From an uncultured delta proteobacterium (GTDB lineage Bacteria; Desulfobacterota; Binatia; UBA9968), in contig CAWDPO010000009.1 in assembly GCA_963804165.1 (NCBI GenBank), positions 93,682-157,681 of the forward strand: a DNA stretch of 64,000 nt. The letters are read 5' to 3'. A program made the translations under genes and the position numbers. Of the stretch, positions 22,081-32,395 are shown piece by piece. Numbering within the stretch: position 1 is the first letter of the stretch; each line of letters begins with the position of its first letter. A model generated the notes under the pieces. The model searched no databases and was not told where the DNA came from. It saw only the letters and a program-made list of their open reading frames with translations.

Positions 22081-23526
22081 TCACGCCCAGTATGTCGTTC
22101 GATCCACGGGGATGTGCTGCAAAATTTCGCCCGGGACAAATTCTTCCAACTTGGTCCTCGCCAGCGCTTCGTCAGGACACTTCGATACCGGCGAGAACGG
22201 ACGGTCGAGAGGCTTGGTGGCATCGACAATCATCGCTGAAGTCTTGCGGGCGTCTTCCATGGACGGATCGATCAAGCTGCCGCGCATGATTTCCGGGATG
22301 ATCGAGATCTGGCGGTGCGGTTGCACGCGCGTCGCCAGCGCCCAAAGAATCTCCGTCGGATTGTAAACGTCGATGTCCTCGTCGAACACGAATACATTCT
22401 TGGCCCAATCCCACGTCAACGCCGCTGCTGCTGCCCGCCCGGGATCGCCTTCACTCATTTTCTTCATCGAGATAAAAACATTAAGCAGCGCGTGACGGCC
22501 GCTCGCACATACGGCTTGCACGCCGGGCACCGCCTCTCGGCAACGGCGCAAATAGGCGCCTTCGCGCGCCAGATCCATCCACGGCTTGTCGCCCTCCGGC
22601 GTGAGAATTGACGTATGCATCGCGCCGCGCCGCCGCGTGATCGCGCGCACTTCGTAATGCGCCGATTGCTGAAACCCCTGCACCCCCAAATAGCCGTTCA
22701 CCTCTCCGAACGGTCCCTCGACCATCCGCTGGCCCGGCAGCAACGCGCCTTCGATGACGATCTCGGCGTCGGCGGGCACAAGCAAGCGCTCGCCCCAGGT
22801 TTCCGACGGCGTAAGACGCAACGGCTCGCCCAAATAACCACCGATGATTTCGTACTCACTCACCTCGAACGGCCCGCCGTAGCAGGCGCCCATCTGATAC
22901 GCGGGATGATGGCCGATCACCGTCGCCACTGGACACTCTTCGTTGGCTTCTTCGTAGCCGCGAAAAATCCGCCACATATGCTGCAGCGTCATCAGAAAGC
23001 CGGTATGGTTACGATTTTTGACTTCCATTCGATGGTAAGAGCAATTGTATACGCCGCTGTTTCGATCCCTGGCAACGCTCGACATATCGATGTACGGCCC
23101 GCCGTCCATTTCGTGGTGGCGCAGAAGCGGTACCTCGTAAAGATCGACTTCATCATCTCGCTGAACAATCTCTTTTACCGGTGCCGCGTCTTTGCTCACC
23201 ACAACCGGCCCGATCTTGGCCCTTTCGCGCCGCAAACATTCGCGCGCCATCTCCGCGCGACCGGTTTCAACAGGGACATCGAGTGCCACCTGAATCTTTT
23301 TCTGCGAATTCTCCGCGCTCATGACCAGCTTCATGTCGTTCCTTCGGCCACGTGCGTTGAGCGGCTGCTCGAAGATCAAAACCGGAAACTTTTTCAATAC
23401 GCCGAGATGCTTGACGATCGCGGTGACGTCGTAGCTCATTGGATTGACGGTTTTACTAACCGTCACCACCTCGCTCGGGTAAGTCCGGCGCATGTCGTCG
23501 AGAAAAGTACGCAGGCTCTTTGGCAT
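22081..23526 (-). CDS. UbiD family (prFMN-dependent) decarboxylase
   Basis: DGGPYI, SYHR, EGPFGE, DEDID...WALATR. Confidence 0.92.
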   Translation of the reverse strand: MPKSLRTFLDDMRRTYPSEVVTVSKTVNPMSYDVTAIVKHLGVLKKFPVLIFEQPLNARGRRNDMKLVMSAENSQKKIQVALDVPVETGRAEMARECLRRERAKIGPVVVSKDAAPVKEIVQRDDEVDLYEVPLLRHHEMDGGPYIDMSSVARDRNSGVYNCSYHRMEVKNRNHTGFLMTLQHMWRIFRGYEEANEECPVATVIGHHPAYQMGACYGGPFEVSEYEIIGGYLGEPLRLTPSETWGERLLVPADAEIVIEGALLPGQRMVEGPFGEVNGYLGVQGFQQSAHYEVRAITRRRGAMHTSILTPEGDKPWMDLAREGAYLRRCREAVPGVQAVCASGRHALLNVFISMKKMSEGDPGRAAAAALTWDWAKNVFVFDEDIDVYNPTEILWALATRVQPHRQISIIPEIMRGSLIDPSMEDARKTSAMIVDATKPLDRPFSPVSKCPDEALARTKLEEFVPGEILQHIPVDRTTYWA

Positions 23527-23552
23527 AGTTAGTTAGTCCAGTGCCCGGATCG

Positions 23553-23632
23553 GTCATACTGAAAATTTCATTCCTAGGCAAAATCGAGGAATCTCGCGTT
23601 GGGTCGAGATCCTTCACGTTGTTCAGGATGAC
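23553..23632. repeat. REP-like palindrome (GTCAT.CTGA...GAATCT / AGATCCTTC...TCAGGATGAC family)
   Basis: Terminal inverted repeat; related copies near 41456, 48352 and 52541. Confidence 0.7.
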
Positions 23633-23685
23633 ACGAAAACATCAGATGAAAACAGAACGCAAGAATTCATGCTTAAAAGCGGTCA

Positions 23686-24429
23686 TCAGTGGAAAACACT
23701 CCCGCCGTCGACAACGATTGCTTGTCCGGTCATAAAGTCGCTGTCAGACGAAGCAAGAAAAACTAGCGTACCCATCAAATCGTCCGGTGTCTGCAGCCGC
23801 TTGATCGAGCGCGCCTCGAGCTGCAGCTCCGTCAGCGCTTTCGGCGCGTTCTGACCTTCGTGTTCGACCAACCCCGGCGCAATCGCGTTGACGCAGATGC
23901 CGAAATCGCCGACTTCGCGCGCCAGCGCGCGGGTCATGCCGATCAGTGCCGCTTTGGACGCAACGTAATGCAGAAAATTCGGCGTGCCCCAATATGCAGT
24001 CGACGACGAGATGTTTATGATCTTGCCGCTCTTTTGTTCCTTCATTTGCGGGAACACGGCTTTGGCGCACAGAAACGGCCCTTTGATGTTGACAGCGGAA
24101 ACGCGATCCCACTCCTCGGAGCTAATCTCGTAGAAAGGATGCCGCTCAATATTGATAAAGATCGCTGCGTTGTTGACGAGAATATCGATGCGACCGAAAG
24201 CTTTCACCGTTTCGGCGGCCATGCCGTTGGTATCATCTTCCTTTGACACGTCAACTTTGAGCGCGAGCGCCCCGCCGCCTTTGGAGCGAATCTCTTCCGC
24301 CACCGATTCGCCGTCGAGAATATCGGCGATCACAACAGCCGCGCCTTCCTCCGCAAGTCGGCGGCAATAAGCCGCGCCGATGTGCCGCGCGCCGCCGGTA
24401 ACGATCGCGACTTTACCTGTCAGTCTCAA
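23686..24429 (-). CDS. SDR family oxidoreductase
   Basis: TGGARHIG, NNAA, YVASK, TGQ..VVDGG; TTG start after GGAGG. Confidence 0.92.
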   Translation of the reverse strand: MRLTGKVAIVTGGARHIGAAYCRRLAEEGAAVVIADILDGESVAEEIRSKGGGALALKVDVSKEDDTNGMAAETVKAFGRIDILVNNAAIFINIERHPFYEISSEEWDRVSAVNIKGPFLCAKAVFPQMKEQKSGKIINISSSTAYWGTPNFLHYVASKAALIGMTRALAREVGDFGICVNAIAPGLVEHEGQNAPKALTELQLEARSIKRLQTPDDLMGTLVFLASSDSDFMTGQAIVVDGGSVFH

Positions 24430-24456
24430 CGCTGCCTCCTGCAATCATTGTTTCTG

Positions 24457-24543
24457 ACGTTGAACCTTGAACGGTTGAATCGTTGAACGTTCCGACAGCT
24501 CCGAACCCATCACTCCACCACTCCATTACCCCAATACTCCAAC
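24457..24543. repeat. Composite short tandem repeats (TTGAAC units plus CACTCCA units)
   Basis: Units visible directly in the intergenic spacer. Confidence 0.7.
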
Positions 24544-24546
24544 TTA

Positions 24547-26169
24547 TCATCGCAACCCTTCCAGGTGCGTCTTGAAGTCCACCGGCTGCCACCATGGTTT
24601 TATTCCCAACGCCTCTGCAATGACGCGTGCAGCGTTGTATCCCGGCGCACCGGTGATGTTGCCGCCGGGATGGCATGACGATCCGCACATGAATAATCCG
24701 TCGATCGGTGTGCGATATTGCCCCCAGCCGGGAAACGGACGGTTATCCAATGCCTGATCGCCGGAGTATTCGCCGACCATCCAGTCGCCGCTGTACATAT
24801 TTTTATCATGCCGCTCGATATCGAGCGGCGTCGTCGAATCGGTCGAAAGAATATTGTTTTCATCCAGATTCGGCGCGAACTTCTGCCACACTGCGAGCTG
24901 CTTCTCAAACCATTCACCACGAACCTTGTCCCAATTTAGCGCGTTGCCCCAAAGATTGTAGGTCATCAACTGCCACATGAATGCCGTCGCCTTACCTGGC
25001 GGCGCCTGCGTCGGATCGTGATAAGACGGTGTGGCGCCGTTCATGAATGGTTTCCGCGGCAGCTGGCCCGTGCGGCAATCTTCGAAGAGATTTACCAGGT
25101 CCTGATACTCGTCCAATCCGACGATGTGCATGAATGCGCCCGCCACTTCGGGATGTTTTTCTTCAGTGATGTATTTCGGCCGCTCGTTTAACGCTAAATT
25201 GACCGCGAAGATGGGCGTAGTTTTTGAAAAGCGAAAGTTTACCGCCAAATCGGCGAACTTCGAGTCGAGATTTTCCTTGCCGACAAGCTTGATGAACGTC
25301 TCGACCGGATTGACGTTCGACGCGATAAACTGCCGCGCTCGGATTACCGTGCCGTCTTCCAGCACCACGGCCGTCGCTTGTCCTCTTTCGACGAGAATCC
25401 GCTCGACCCCATTGGCTTCGATATAGTCCACACCGTTGTGCGACAGCATGTGCGCGAGGTTGTCGCCGAGGGCGTGCGAGGTGCCGCGGCAGAGCTGCGG
25501 ATTGACGCCCCAGGCGATCATCGCGGGAATCAAATAGCCCGTTTGCGGCGCGTCGAGCTCATAGCCGCGCATCACCCCGAGAAAAGCGATGAACGCGCGC
25601 ACGCGCGGGTGCTCGAAGTGTTGCAGGACGAATTCCTCCGGCGTCGTGTCGAAATATTTTAAATACTCGCGTCCCTCGGGAACTTTCTCCAAGAGCGGGC
25701 GCTTTTCTTCCATTGGCAACGGCACTGAGTAGGTTTCATTGAACACGATCTTCTGCACCACCGGCTGCCAGCGCTCCCAGATATCCATGAAAGAAGCGGC
25801 GTCCTTCCTAGAGAACCCTTCGATGGTTTCGACGGTCCGCTTCACATCAGCGAACCAGCCGAGATAAGTTTTGTCGAGAAAGTGGTGCACGACACCGGGA
25901 TCGGGCCGATAGTAGTGAATGCCAAAATTTTCTAATTCTAAATCTTTGAACCACGGCAGCATCATCAGTCCGCGATGAAAGACTGAATGAATGTTGTGCC
26001 AGAAGCCAGGATAGTTGCGGTCTTCGTGGGAATCCAAGCCGCCGCCCACTTCCATGTTTTTTTCCACGACCATGATCTTCTGCCCGCACTTGGCAAGATA
26101 AGCCGCGCAGATCATGCCGTTGTGACCCGCTCCGATCACGACGCCGTCGTATTCCAATATTTTTGCCAT
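24547..26169 (-). CDS. Phytoene dehydrogenase-like FAD oxidoreductase (CrtO/PYROXD2-like)
   Basis: GAGHNG, GGG, APPGK, YRTPI.GL..CGSSCHPGG..TGAPGYNAA. Confidence 0.9.
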   Translation of the reverse strand: MAKILEYDGVVIGAGHNGMICAAYLAKCGQKIMVVEKNMEVGGGLDSHEDRNYPGFWHNIHSVFHRGLMMLPWFKDLELENFGIHYYRPDPGVVHHFLDKTYLGWFADVKRTVETIEGFSRKDAASFMDIWERWQPVVQKIVFNETYSVPLPMEEKRPLLEKVPEGREYLKYFDTTPEEFVLQHFEHPRVRAFIAFLGVMRGYELDAPQTGYLIPAMIAWGVNPQLCRGTSHALGDNLAHMLSHNGVDYIEANGVERILVERGQATAVVLEDGTVIRARQFIASNVNPVETFIKLVGKENLDSKFADLAVNFRFSKTTPIFAVNLALNERPKYITEEKHPEVAGAFMHIVGLDEYQDLVNLFEDCRTGQLPRKPFMNGATPSYHDPTQAPPGKATAFMWQLMTYNLWGNALNWDKVRGEWFEKQLAVWQKFAPNLDENNILSTDSTTPLDIERHDKNMYSGDWMVGEYSGDQALDNRPFPGWGQYRTPIDGLFMCGSSCHPGGNITGAPGYNAARVIAEALGIKPWWQPVDFKTHLEGLR

Positions 26170-26189
26170 CGCCTCTTGTTTCTTCGACC

Positions 26190-26265
26190 GACGTTGAACC
26201 TTTGAACATTGAACCTTGAACGAACACGCCCGTTCAAACGTTCAACGGTTCAATCGTTCAACGTC
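26190..26265. repeat. Inverted tandem array of TTGAAC/GTTCAA units
   Basis: Four forward and four reverse units. Confidence 0.8.
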
Positions 26266-26273
26266 AGTCAATA

Positions 26274-27854
26274 TTAGATTGTAAGTTTCAAGTCTTCCGT
26301 CATGATCTGCCAGCAGTTATAGCCCGAGCCTGCGATGACCGCGTCCGCCGGATGCATCGCGACGCCGACTTGATAGAGCCCGCGAATCGGTGTGCGATAG
26401 TCGGCAATCTGCTCGATCGGGCGCTGCTCACCCATCTGCGTTGCGACTTTGCGCGCGACCCATATCGAACCGCGCCGCATGTTCGGCCAGCGACCCGAGA
26501 TATAAAATGGCTCCATCGCTACTTTCATCTCGATATTTTCATCGGTCAAGTTGGTCGCATAGCGACGCCAAATTTTAATAACCGAATCCATGAAGCTATT
26601 CTTGACCTTGACCCAATCCTCGGGCTGTCTGCCTTTTAACTGGAACGGGACCGGCATATACACCGACGCGGCGTGCTTTCCTTGTGGCGCTTGCAATGGA
26701 TCGAACGCGGTCGGACAAATTGCGTGCAAACAAACATGCTTGGGAAATTCGCCGGCGCGAATCTCTTCCCACATCTCTTCGAGATCTGTCGGCGTCTCCG
26801 GCCCCATGTTGACATTCATCGCCTGCCCGACAGCGGGATCGTTTACCTCGTGGAGCGCGTAACGCACCGGCGCCTTCAACGCCAGGTGAACTTGAAAATA
26901 GGAGAATTCATCGCCCTGAATATCTTTCACCCGCTCGATGAACGTTCGCGGCAGATAGTCCTCGCCGACCATTTCGACGAGGGTGGAATACGGATCGGCA
27001 TTCGAAACCACCGCGAGCCGGGCCTTCCATTCGCGCCCATCGCGCAAATGCACGCCGACAGCGCGGCCTTCGTCGACGAGAATCCTTTCGACGTGATGGA
27101 CGGCGCGGATCTGACCGCCGCTGTGCACGTAAGCTCGCTGCAGCACCTGCGCGATCGAATGCGATCCGCCGCGCGCCAGCTCCGGATTTTCGTCGCCGGC
27201 AATCATTTTTAACACTTCGATGCCGCCGCCGGCGTAATCCAGTCCGACGCCCCGCGGGATCGCCATCTGAGACAGCACCAAAGTTTTTACCTCGGCATTT
27301 TCGAAGAGCTCGTCGACGACCTGCCGCGGGGTTCGCTGCCACAACCGTTTGAAGTCTCCGCCAGCCGGCTCGGTGTCGATCTTGCGCAACAGCGTTTCGA
27401 TTCGCGCCGGCGCCGTGCAGTAGTACGGAATCAGGTATTCCCTGATTAGTTTGCGGAACCGCTCGCGAGTCGCGCGCCACGCTTCCGCATCCTTGCGCGA
27501 AAACTTTTCGATCCCTGTAACCGTGGCTTCGAGCGATTGGTGATGGCAGATCGATTTTCCATCAGAAAACAGCAACGCGTTAACCACCGGCGGCGAGACA
27601 AACTCGGCATGATAGCCGTCGGCCCAATCGAGTTCCTTCCAGACCGGCGAGACTTCGCGGTTGTCCTGAAAATAAGCCAGCGTATTGTGCCAATAGCCTG
27701 GGCGGGTGATCTCTTCGCTGGCGAGCCTGCCGCCATTCTCCAACCGGCTCTCGCAGATCACCGTCTTGAGACCGGCTTTCCCGAGGTAGGTGCCGAGGGC
27801 AAAATTATTTTGCCCGGCACCGATGAGAATTACATCCCATTCGCCGTCAGCCAT
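26274..27854 (-). CDS. Phytoene dehydrogenase-like FAD oxidoreductase, divergent paralog
   Basis: GAGQNN, GGR, GGSHS, YRTPIRGLY..G...HP. Confidence 0.88.
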   Translation of the reverse strand: MADGEWDVILIGAGQNNFALGTYLGKAGLKTVICESRLENGGRLASEEITRPGYWHNTLAYFQDNREVSPVWKELDWADGYHAEFVSPPVVNALLFSDGKSICHHQSLEATVTGIEKFSRKDAEAWRATRERFRKLIREYLIPYYCTAPARIETLLRKIDTEPAGGDFKRLWQRTPRQVVDELFENAEVKTLVLSQMAIPRGVGLDYAGGGIEVLKMIAGDENPELARGGSHSIAQVLQRAYVHSGGQIRAVHHVERILVDEGRAVGVHLRDGREWKARLAVVSNADPYSTLVEMVGEDYLPRTFIERVKDIQGDEFSYFQVHLALKAPVRYALHEVNDPAVGQAMNVNMGPETPTDLEEMWEEIRAGEFPKHVCLHAICPTAFDPLQAPQGKHAASVYMPVPFQLKGRQPEDWVKVKNSFMDSVIKIWRRYATNLTDENIEMKVAMEPFYISGRWPNMRRGSIWVARKVATQMGEQRPIEQIADYRTPIRGLYQVGVAMHPADAVIAGSGYNCWQIMTEDLKLTI

Positions 27855-27907
27855 GGTGTCTCCGAGAGGCTTTGGAACAATTGGAACGCTTCGATTTTTC
27901 TGCAGAA

Positions 27908-28927
27908 CTAGTTCTGCAGAAAAATCTTTCGGTACTCCGCCATCTTTTCCGCGTAGGTTTTCTTGTCCATGTCGATCATCTCGACCAGCTCGATCTTATC
28001 CGCATCCGGAATCGGCGGGTAGATTCCCTTGCGTGTAACGAACTCGCCGATGGCGGCCATGATCTTCAGTCCCTCTTCCCCGATGAAGTAATCGATAAAC
28101 GCTTTGCCGGAGTTTGGATGGACCGGTTTGGCCGCCAGGGCCACCGCTTGCCCGTCGCCCATGAACTTGCCCAGTCGCACGTAATCGATCGGCACTCCCT
28201 TCTTCCCGTAAAAGACGACATTTTTTAGAAATCCGATGCCGATGGGGGTCTCGCCGGTGGTCACCCGCTCGCCTGCCGGCGTCAGCGATTCGACCAGGAG
28301 TGGCTTGGTCGCCGCCAGATCGCGGATAAACTTGTCGGCCCTCTCGCGACTGCCCATGACTTTATGGAGACTGGCAAGCCATTGAGCGGTAGTCGTGTGT
28401 TGGCTGGCATCCGGCATGACCACTTTGCCGCGGTATTGCGGCTTGAGCAGGTCTTCCAACGACTTTGGCGCGTCGGCGGGCTTGACGATGCCGGAGTGGT
28501 AGATAATGCCGATCACCGCATTGCGATACTGCGGTCCCAAGTTCGGATGCATCACTTCTCTGGAAAAGAAGCGGCCGGACGGCGAATCATATTTGGACAA
28601 CCCGCCCTCGTTGAACATGAATTCCATCGGCGGCGTGGTGGTCAGCACGACGTCATAGAGCGGTTTTCCCGTGCGACTTTCGTTGAGCACGCGATCCATC
28701 ACTTTGGTCGACGCCGCGCGCCAAAACTCGATGTCAAGACCAGTTTTCTTTTTAAACGCGGCGGCGATCAGATCCATGGTGTCATTCTCGATCGATCCGT
28801 ACACCACGAGCTTGCCGCCTTCTTTCTTGGCCGCTTCAATCAGCTTGGCGTCTTGCGCTGCGACCGACCGATTGCCAATAAACGTCACTGCCGCGGCCAA
28901 TGCTACTGCAAAGCAAATACGGTGCAT
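27908..28927 (-). CDS. Fe3+/thiamine-type substrate-binding protein
   Basis: Signal peptide, LIEAAKKEGG.LVVY, HPN..KAFIDY. Confidence 0.87.
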   Translation of the reverse strand: MHRICFAVALAAAVTFIGNRSVAAQDAKLIEAAKKEGGKLVVYGSIENDTMDLIAAAFKKKTGLDIEFWRAASTKVMDRVLNESRTGKPLYDVVLTTTPPMEFMFNEGGLSKYDSPSGRFFSREVMHPNLGPQYRNAVIGIIYHSGIVKPADAPKSLEDLLKPQYRGKVVMPDASQHTTTAQWLASLHKVMGSRERADKFIRDLAATKPLLVESLTPAGERVTTGETPIGIGFLKNVVFYGKKGVPIDYVRLGKFMGDGQAVALAAKPVHPNSGKAFIDYFIGEEGLKIMAAIGEFVTRKGIYPPIPDADKIELVEMIDMDKKTYAEKMAEYRKIFLQN

Positions 28928-29034
28928 GCGCTCAGGTCTCCTTAATGGGAATGATGCCTCTCAATATCGAAAAGCATGGTGGATGTCCATTGTTTGTCTA
29001 TGGCATGCTCCTTTGCTAGTTTAAATTGAAAGTC

Positions 29035-30153
29035 ATGACTCCAAGAGAAAAGCTCAAAAATATTCGCGAGGAACTGAAGCAAACGTTCCTAGAGCGCGCC
29101 GATTTGATCGACGGCGCTCTTGCGGCGCTGCTGTCGTCGCACCATTTACTGATCATCGGCCCGCCGGGCACCGCCAAATCCATGCTCGCTGACGAGCTTT
29201 GCCGCCGCATCGAAGGAGCGAATTATTTTCAGTGGCTGCTGACTCGCTTTACCACTCCGGAAGAAATCTTCGGCGCGGTCAGCTTAAAAGCGTTGGAACA
29301 GGACGATTACCGTCGCGTTACGATCCGCAAACTGCCCGACGCCCACATTGCTTTCTTAGATGAGATATTTAAAGCGAACTCCTCGATTCTCAATGCGATT
29401 TTGACACTGATCAATGAGCGGCTGTTCCACAATGGCAAGGAAGTGACGCGGGTGCCGCTGCTCACCCTTTTCGGGGCGAGCAACGAGTTGCCGGAGGAAG
29501 AGGAGTTGACGGCGCTCTACGACCGTTTTCTATTGCGCTTTGTGGTCAATTATATCGCCGAAGACTTTCGCTTCTTGAGAATGCTCGAATCCCAATCCCA
29601 ACCGCAGCGAACCACGCTGACGTTAGCGGAACTCAATGAATTGCAGCAGGCGGTGCGTGACGTACCGCTGCCGTCGTATGTTTACCGCGGCATCGCGGAT
29701 ATTCGCCGCGAGCTCAATAAGAAAAACATCCAGGCCTCGGATCGGCGCTACCGCCAATCCCTCGCCTTGCTTCAAGCCCACGCATTTCTCGAAGGCGAAG
29801 CTCAGGTTCAAGAAAAAAGCCTGTTGTTCCTAGAGCACGCGCTCTGGCGCGATCCAGCTGAACAGGAGCAGGTGCGCAGCACGATTCGTGAGCTTCTGCT
29901 CGGCTACGAAGAGGAGATTACCGAATTGCTTTACGAGTCGCGCGAGATTCGCGAGTCTGCGCTGCAACCCGGCAGAACGACCGATGAGCGCGCCCGGGCA
30001 CTCATTGAGTTTCATACCAAACTCAGAAACATTCTCACGAAGGTCGACCAAATCATGGACAAGGCCAAACGCCTTGGCCGCCCGATCGAGCGTGTCACGT
30101 CGGTGCGCAGCGAGATCGAGCAATTACAGAAAGATATGCTGGAACAGTTCTGA
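29035..30153 (+). CDS. MoxR-family AAA+ ATPase, RavA-like
   Basis: GPPGTAKS, LLTRFTTPEEIFG, FLDEIFKANSSILN, ASNELP, ALYDRF, SDRR. Confidence 0.92.
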   Translation: MTPREKLKNIREELKQTFLERADLIDGALAALLSSHHLLIIGPPGTAKSMLADELCRRIEGANYFQWLLTRFTTPEEIFGAVSLKALEQDDYRRVTIRKLPDAHIAFLDEIFKANSSILNAILTLINERLFHNGKEVTRVPLLTLFGASNELPEEEELTALYDRFLLRFVVNYIAEDFRFLRMLESQSQPQRTTLTLAELNELQQAVRDVPLPSYVYRGIADIRRELNKKNIQASDRRYRQSLALLQAHAFLEGEAQVQEKSLLFLEHALWRDPAEQEQVRSTIRELLLGYEEEITELLYESREIRESALQPGRTTDERARALIEFHTKLRNILTKVDQIMDKAKRLGRPIERVTSVRSEIEQLQKDMLEQF

Positions 30154-31727
30154 TGCCTCCCAGGCGTAAACAAAAACCGCCGGTCAAACGCGTTTTTCAG
30201 CGTCTTCCCGAGAAAACCTTCTGGATCGACAACGACGCCTATGACCGGCGCGTCTGGGAACATCTGCGCGCTGAGTCCCCTTCGCTGCGCGAGCTGGAGG
30301 ACAAAGGGAGCCATCTCCTGCCCCATTTTGCTTCGCTGCTGCAGGATATTTTCTGTCTTTTATTCAAGTATAACATTAACTACCATAACGACGCGGACGT
30401 CGCGTCCAGCGCCCTACTCAATCAGAAATTTCTCCACGCCATCCACCAGGGCGCGCAATATGATTTTCTGCGCGATCAAACTCTGCTGAACGAAGCCCAC
30501 GCGGGACTATCGACCCTGATTCTCGGTGAAAGACTGCTCAACCGAGTGCGCGAGGAGAAATTTCTTACGCGCCGAGATATGCGCGACCTCTGGGACATTC
30601 AGAAACAAGAAGAGTTGGTCAACCAGAAGATCGAAGAGTACGAAAACGCCGACACGATCCCGGAAGATCAAATGTCCGAGGAGGGCAAGAAGGCGTTACA
30701 AAAAGCCAAAGAACGCATGGGCGGTGAGGTGCAAGGAGCTGAGGCTTTGCTGCGCCAAAAGACTCAACAGCTCAAGGAAGACTTGAGCCAGATCGAGTCT
30801 CAGGCAAGCAACCGTCTGCAAGCCGAGACGATCAAAGTAGCGCAAGAGCTCGAAGACGCAACCGAAGAAGCGGAGACCTGGGGCAACACGATCGGCACTG
30901 GGCAGCGCACTCCGCCTGGACAGAAACTCGAGCTCGGCCGCCGCCTCGCTGGCAACGAAAAGCTCAAGAAGCTTGCGCGCATGGTCGGACGCATGAAGCT
31001 GAGCGCGCTCGCTATACGCAAGAAGGTCTTCGAGCGATCTAGTGAAGAAATACTTGAAGTAGAGCAAGGCGACGCAATTCACCGCCTTTTGCCAAACGAA
31101 TTGCTCTCGTTGCACCATCCCATTTTACGAAAGGATTTTTACCGTCGCTTTCTCGACCAGGAACTCATTCAATATTCGCTCCGCGGTGTCGAAGAAAAAG
31201 GCAAAGGACCGATGATCGTGTGTCTCGATGGCAGCTCGTCGATGTCCGGCGACAAAGAAATCTGGTCGAAAGCGGTGACGCTTACGCTGCTGGAGATTGC
31301 CCGAAAGCAACGTCGCTTATTTCGCTCGATCTGCTTTTCATCGGCGGAAACACCGCTCCAGATTCTCGACATGAACCCGCGCGATCGTTACGAAGTCGAA
31401 ACCAAAACCGTGATGGACTTGGCGGAATACTTTCCAGGCGGCGGCACTGATTTTCAGAAACCTTTGGATGCCGCCCTCGAGTGTCTGCAGCAGTCGCGTT
31501 TTAAGAAAGGTGACATCATTTTCATCACCGACGGCGAGTGTCAGGTCGATGCCGAATGGGCGGAACAGTTTCGCGAGGAAAAAGAAAGACTCGGCTTCTC
31601 GCTTTTTTCGATTTTGATCGATACGGGACCCGCATCGCTCGGAACACTGAAGGAATTCAGCGACCGCATCTCGACGATCAAGCAGTTGACCGGAGACGAG
31701 GCAAAAGAGATCTTCGTGAAATTCTAA
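30153..31727 (+). CDS. VWA-domain protein, ViaA-like partner
   Basis: KGP.IVCLDGSSSM MIDAS, GGGTDF, FITDG; start overlaps the ATPase stop codon. Confidence 0.9.
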   Translation: MPPRRKQKPPVKRVFQRLPEKTFWIDNDAYDRRVWEHLRAESPSLRELEDKGSHLLPHFASLLQDIFCLLFKYNINYHNDADVASSALLNQKFLHAIHQGAQYDFLRDQTLLNEAHAGLSTLILGERLLNRVREEKFLTRRDMRDLWDIQKQEELVNQKIEEYENADTIPEDQMSEEGKKALQKAKERMGGEVQGAEALLRQKTQQLKEDLSQIESQASNRLQAETIKVAQELEDATEEAETWGNTIGTGQRTPPGQKLELGRRLAGNEKLKKLARMVGRMKLSALAIRKKVFERSSEEILEVEQGDAIHRLLPNELLSLHHPILRKDFYRRFLDQELIQYSLRGVEEKGKGPMIVCLDGSSSMSGDKEIWSKAVTLTLLEIARKQRRLFRSICFSSAETPLQILDMNPRDRYEVETKTVMDLAEYFPGGGTDFQKPLDAALECLQQSRFKKGDIIFITDGECQVDAEWAEQFREEKERLGFSLFSILIDTGPASLGTLKEFSDRISTIKQLTGDEAKEIFVKF

Positions 31728-31754
31728 ACGGCAGCGTAACTTTCCGGTATCACT

Positions 31755-32270
31755 TTAGACATCCCACTCCCCCGCCACGAGCCGCGGAATCACCGGCTGT
31801 AAAATCCGATAGGACAATCCCCAAAGTCGATGCTCGCCGATCCGGTAGAACGAAACCTGTTCCGCTCTTTGCCAAGTTGGAAACCGATCGATCATTTTGT
31901 CGCGTGAATCGGGGCGCGTGAGATCTCTTAGTCTGACATCGACAATCTCAGCGATCTCGCGCTCGGCAATCTGCCATTGGGCGGGTACCCTAATGCGCGC
32001 GAGATAGGGGAAAACTCGATAGCCGGTTGTTCGTGTTTTCTCCATCGGCAACTCCGCGAGCACGTCGCTTCGATCGACGATCAAGGCGAGTTCTTCACGC
32101 ACTTCCCGCAGCGCCGTGTCGAGCATCGTTTCGTCTCCCGGGTCGTGCTTGCCGCCGGGAAACGCGATCTGCCCGCCGTGTACGCCGCCTGGATTGCGCA
32201 GAATCATGACGATATGCAGCTCGCCGTCTCCGGAGCGATAGACAGGTATGAGCACTGCGGCGTCGATCAT
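31755..32270 (-). CDS. CoA pyrophosphatase-type NUDIX hydrolase
   Basis: AAVLIP, HGGQIAFPGG, TALREVREE, WGLS. Confidence 0.9.
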   Translation of the reverse strand: MIDAAVLIPVYRSGDGELHIVMILRNPGGVHGGQIAFPGGKHDPGDETMLDTALREVREELALIVDRSDVLAELPMEKTRTTGYRVFPYLARIRVPAQWQIAEREIAEIVDVRLRDLTRPDSRDKMIDRFPTWQRAEQVSFYRIGEHRLWGLSYRILQPVIPRLVAGEWDV

Positions 32271-32395
32271 CTGCGAATCCTTTCCTCGTTTCTACAACAA
32301 CCGCACTGTTTGAGGCAAAGATCGGCAAAACACAAATAGACGGATTGCATCAACACGCGGATGTGATAAACGGGAGCGACGAAAAGGCCACAGGC

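Noticed and set aside
22615-23532. Long antisense ORFs over UbiD genes (also 37518..38507) and over the sulfatase (32267..33175)
   Set aside because: Typical stop-poor shadow frames of GC-rich genes with no motifs.
24547-27854. Carotenoid biosynthesis cluster
   Set aside because: No phytoene synthase, cyclase or prenyltransferase nearby.
29001-29017. Sigma54-like TGGCAT...TTGCT upstream of the AAA+ gene
   Set aside because: GG to GC spacing is 11 nt rather than the strict 10.
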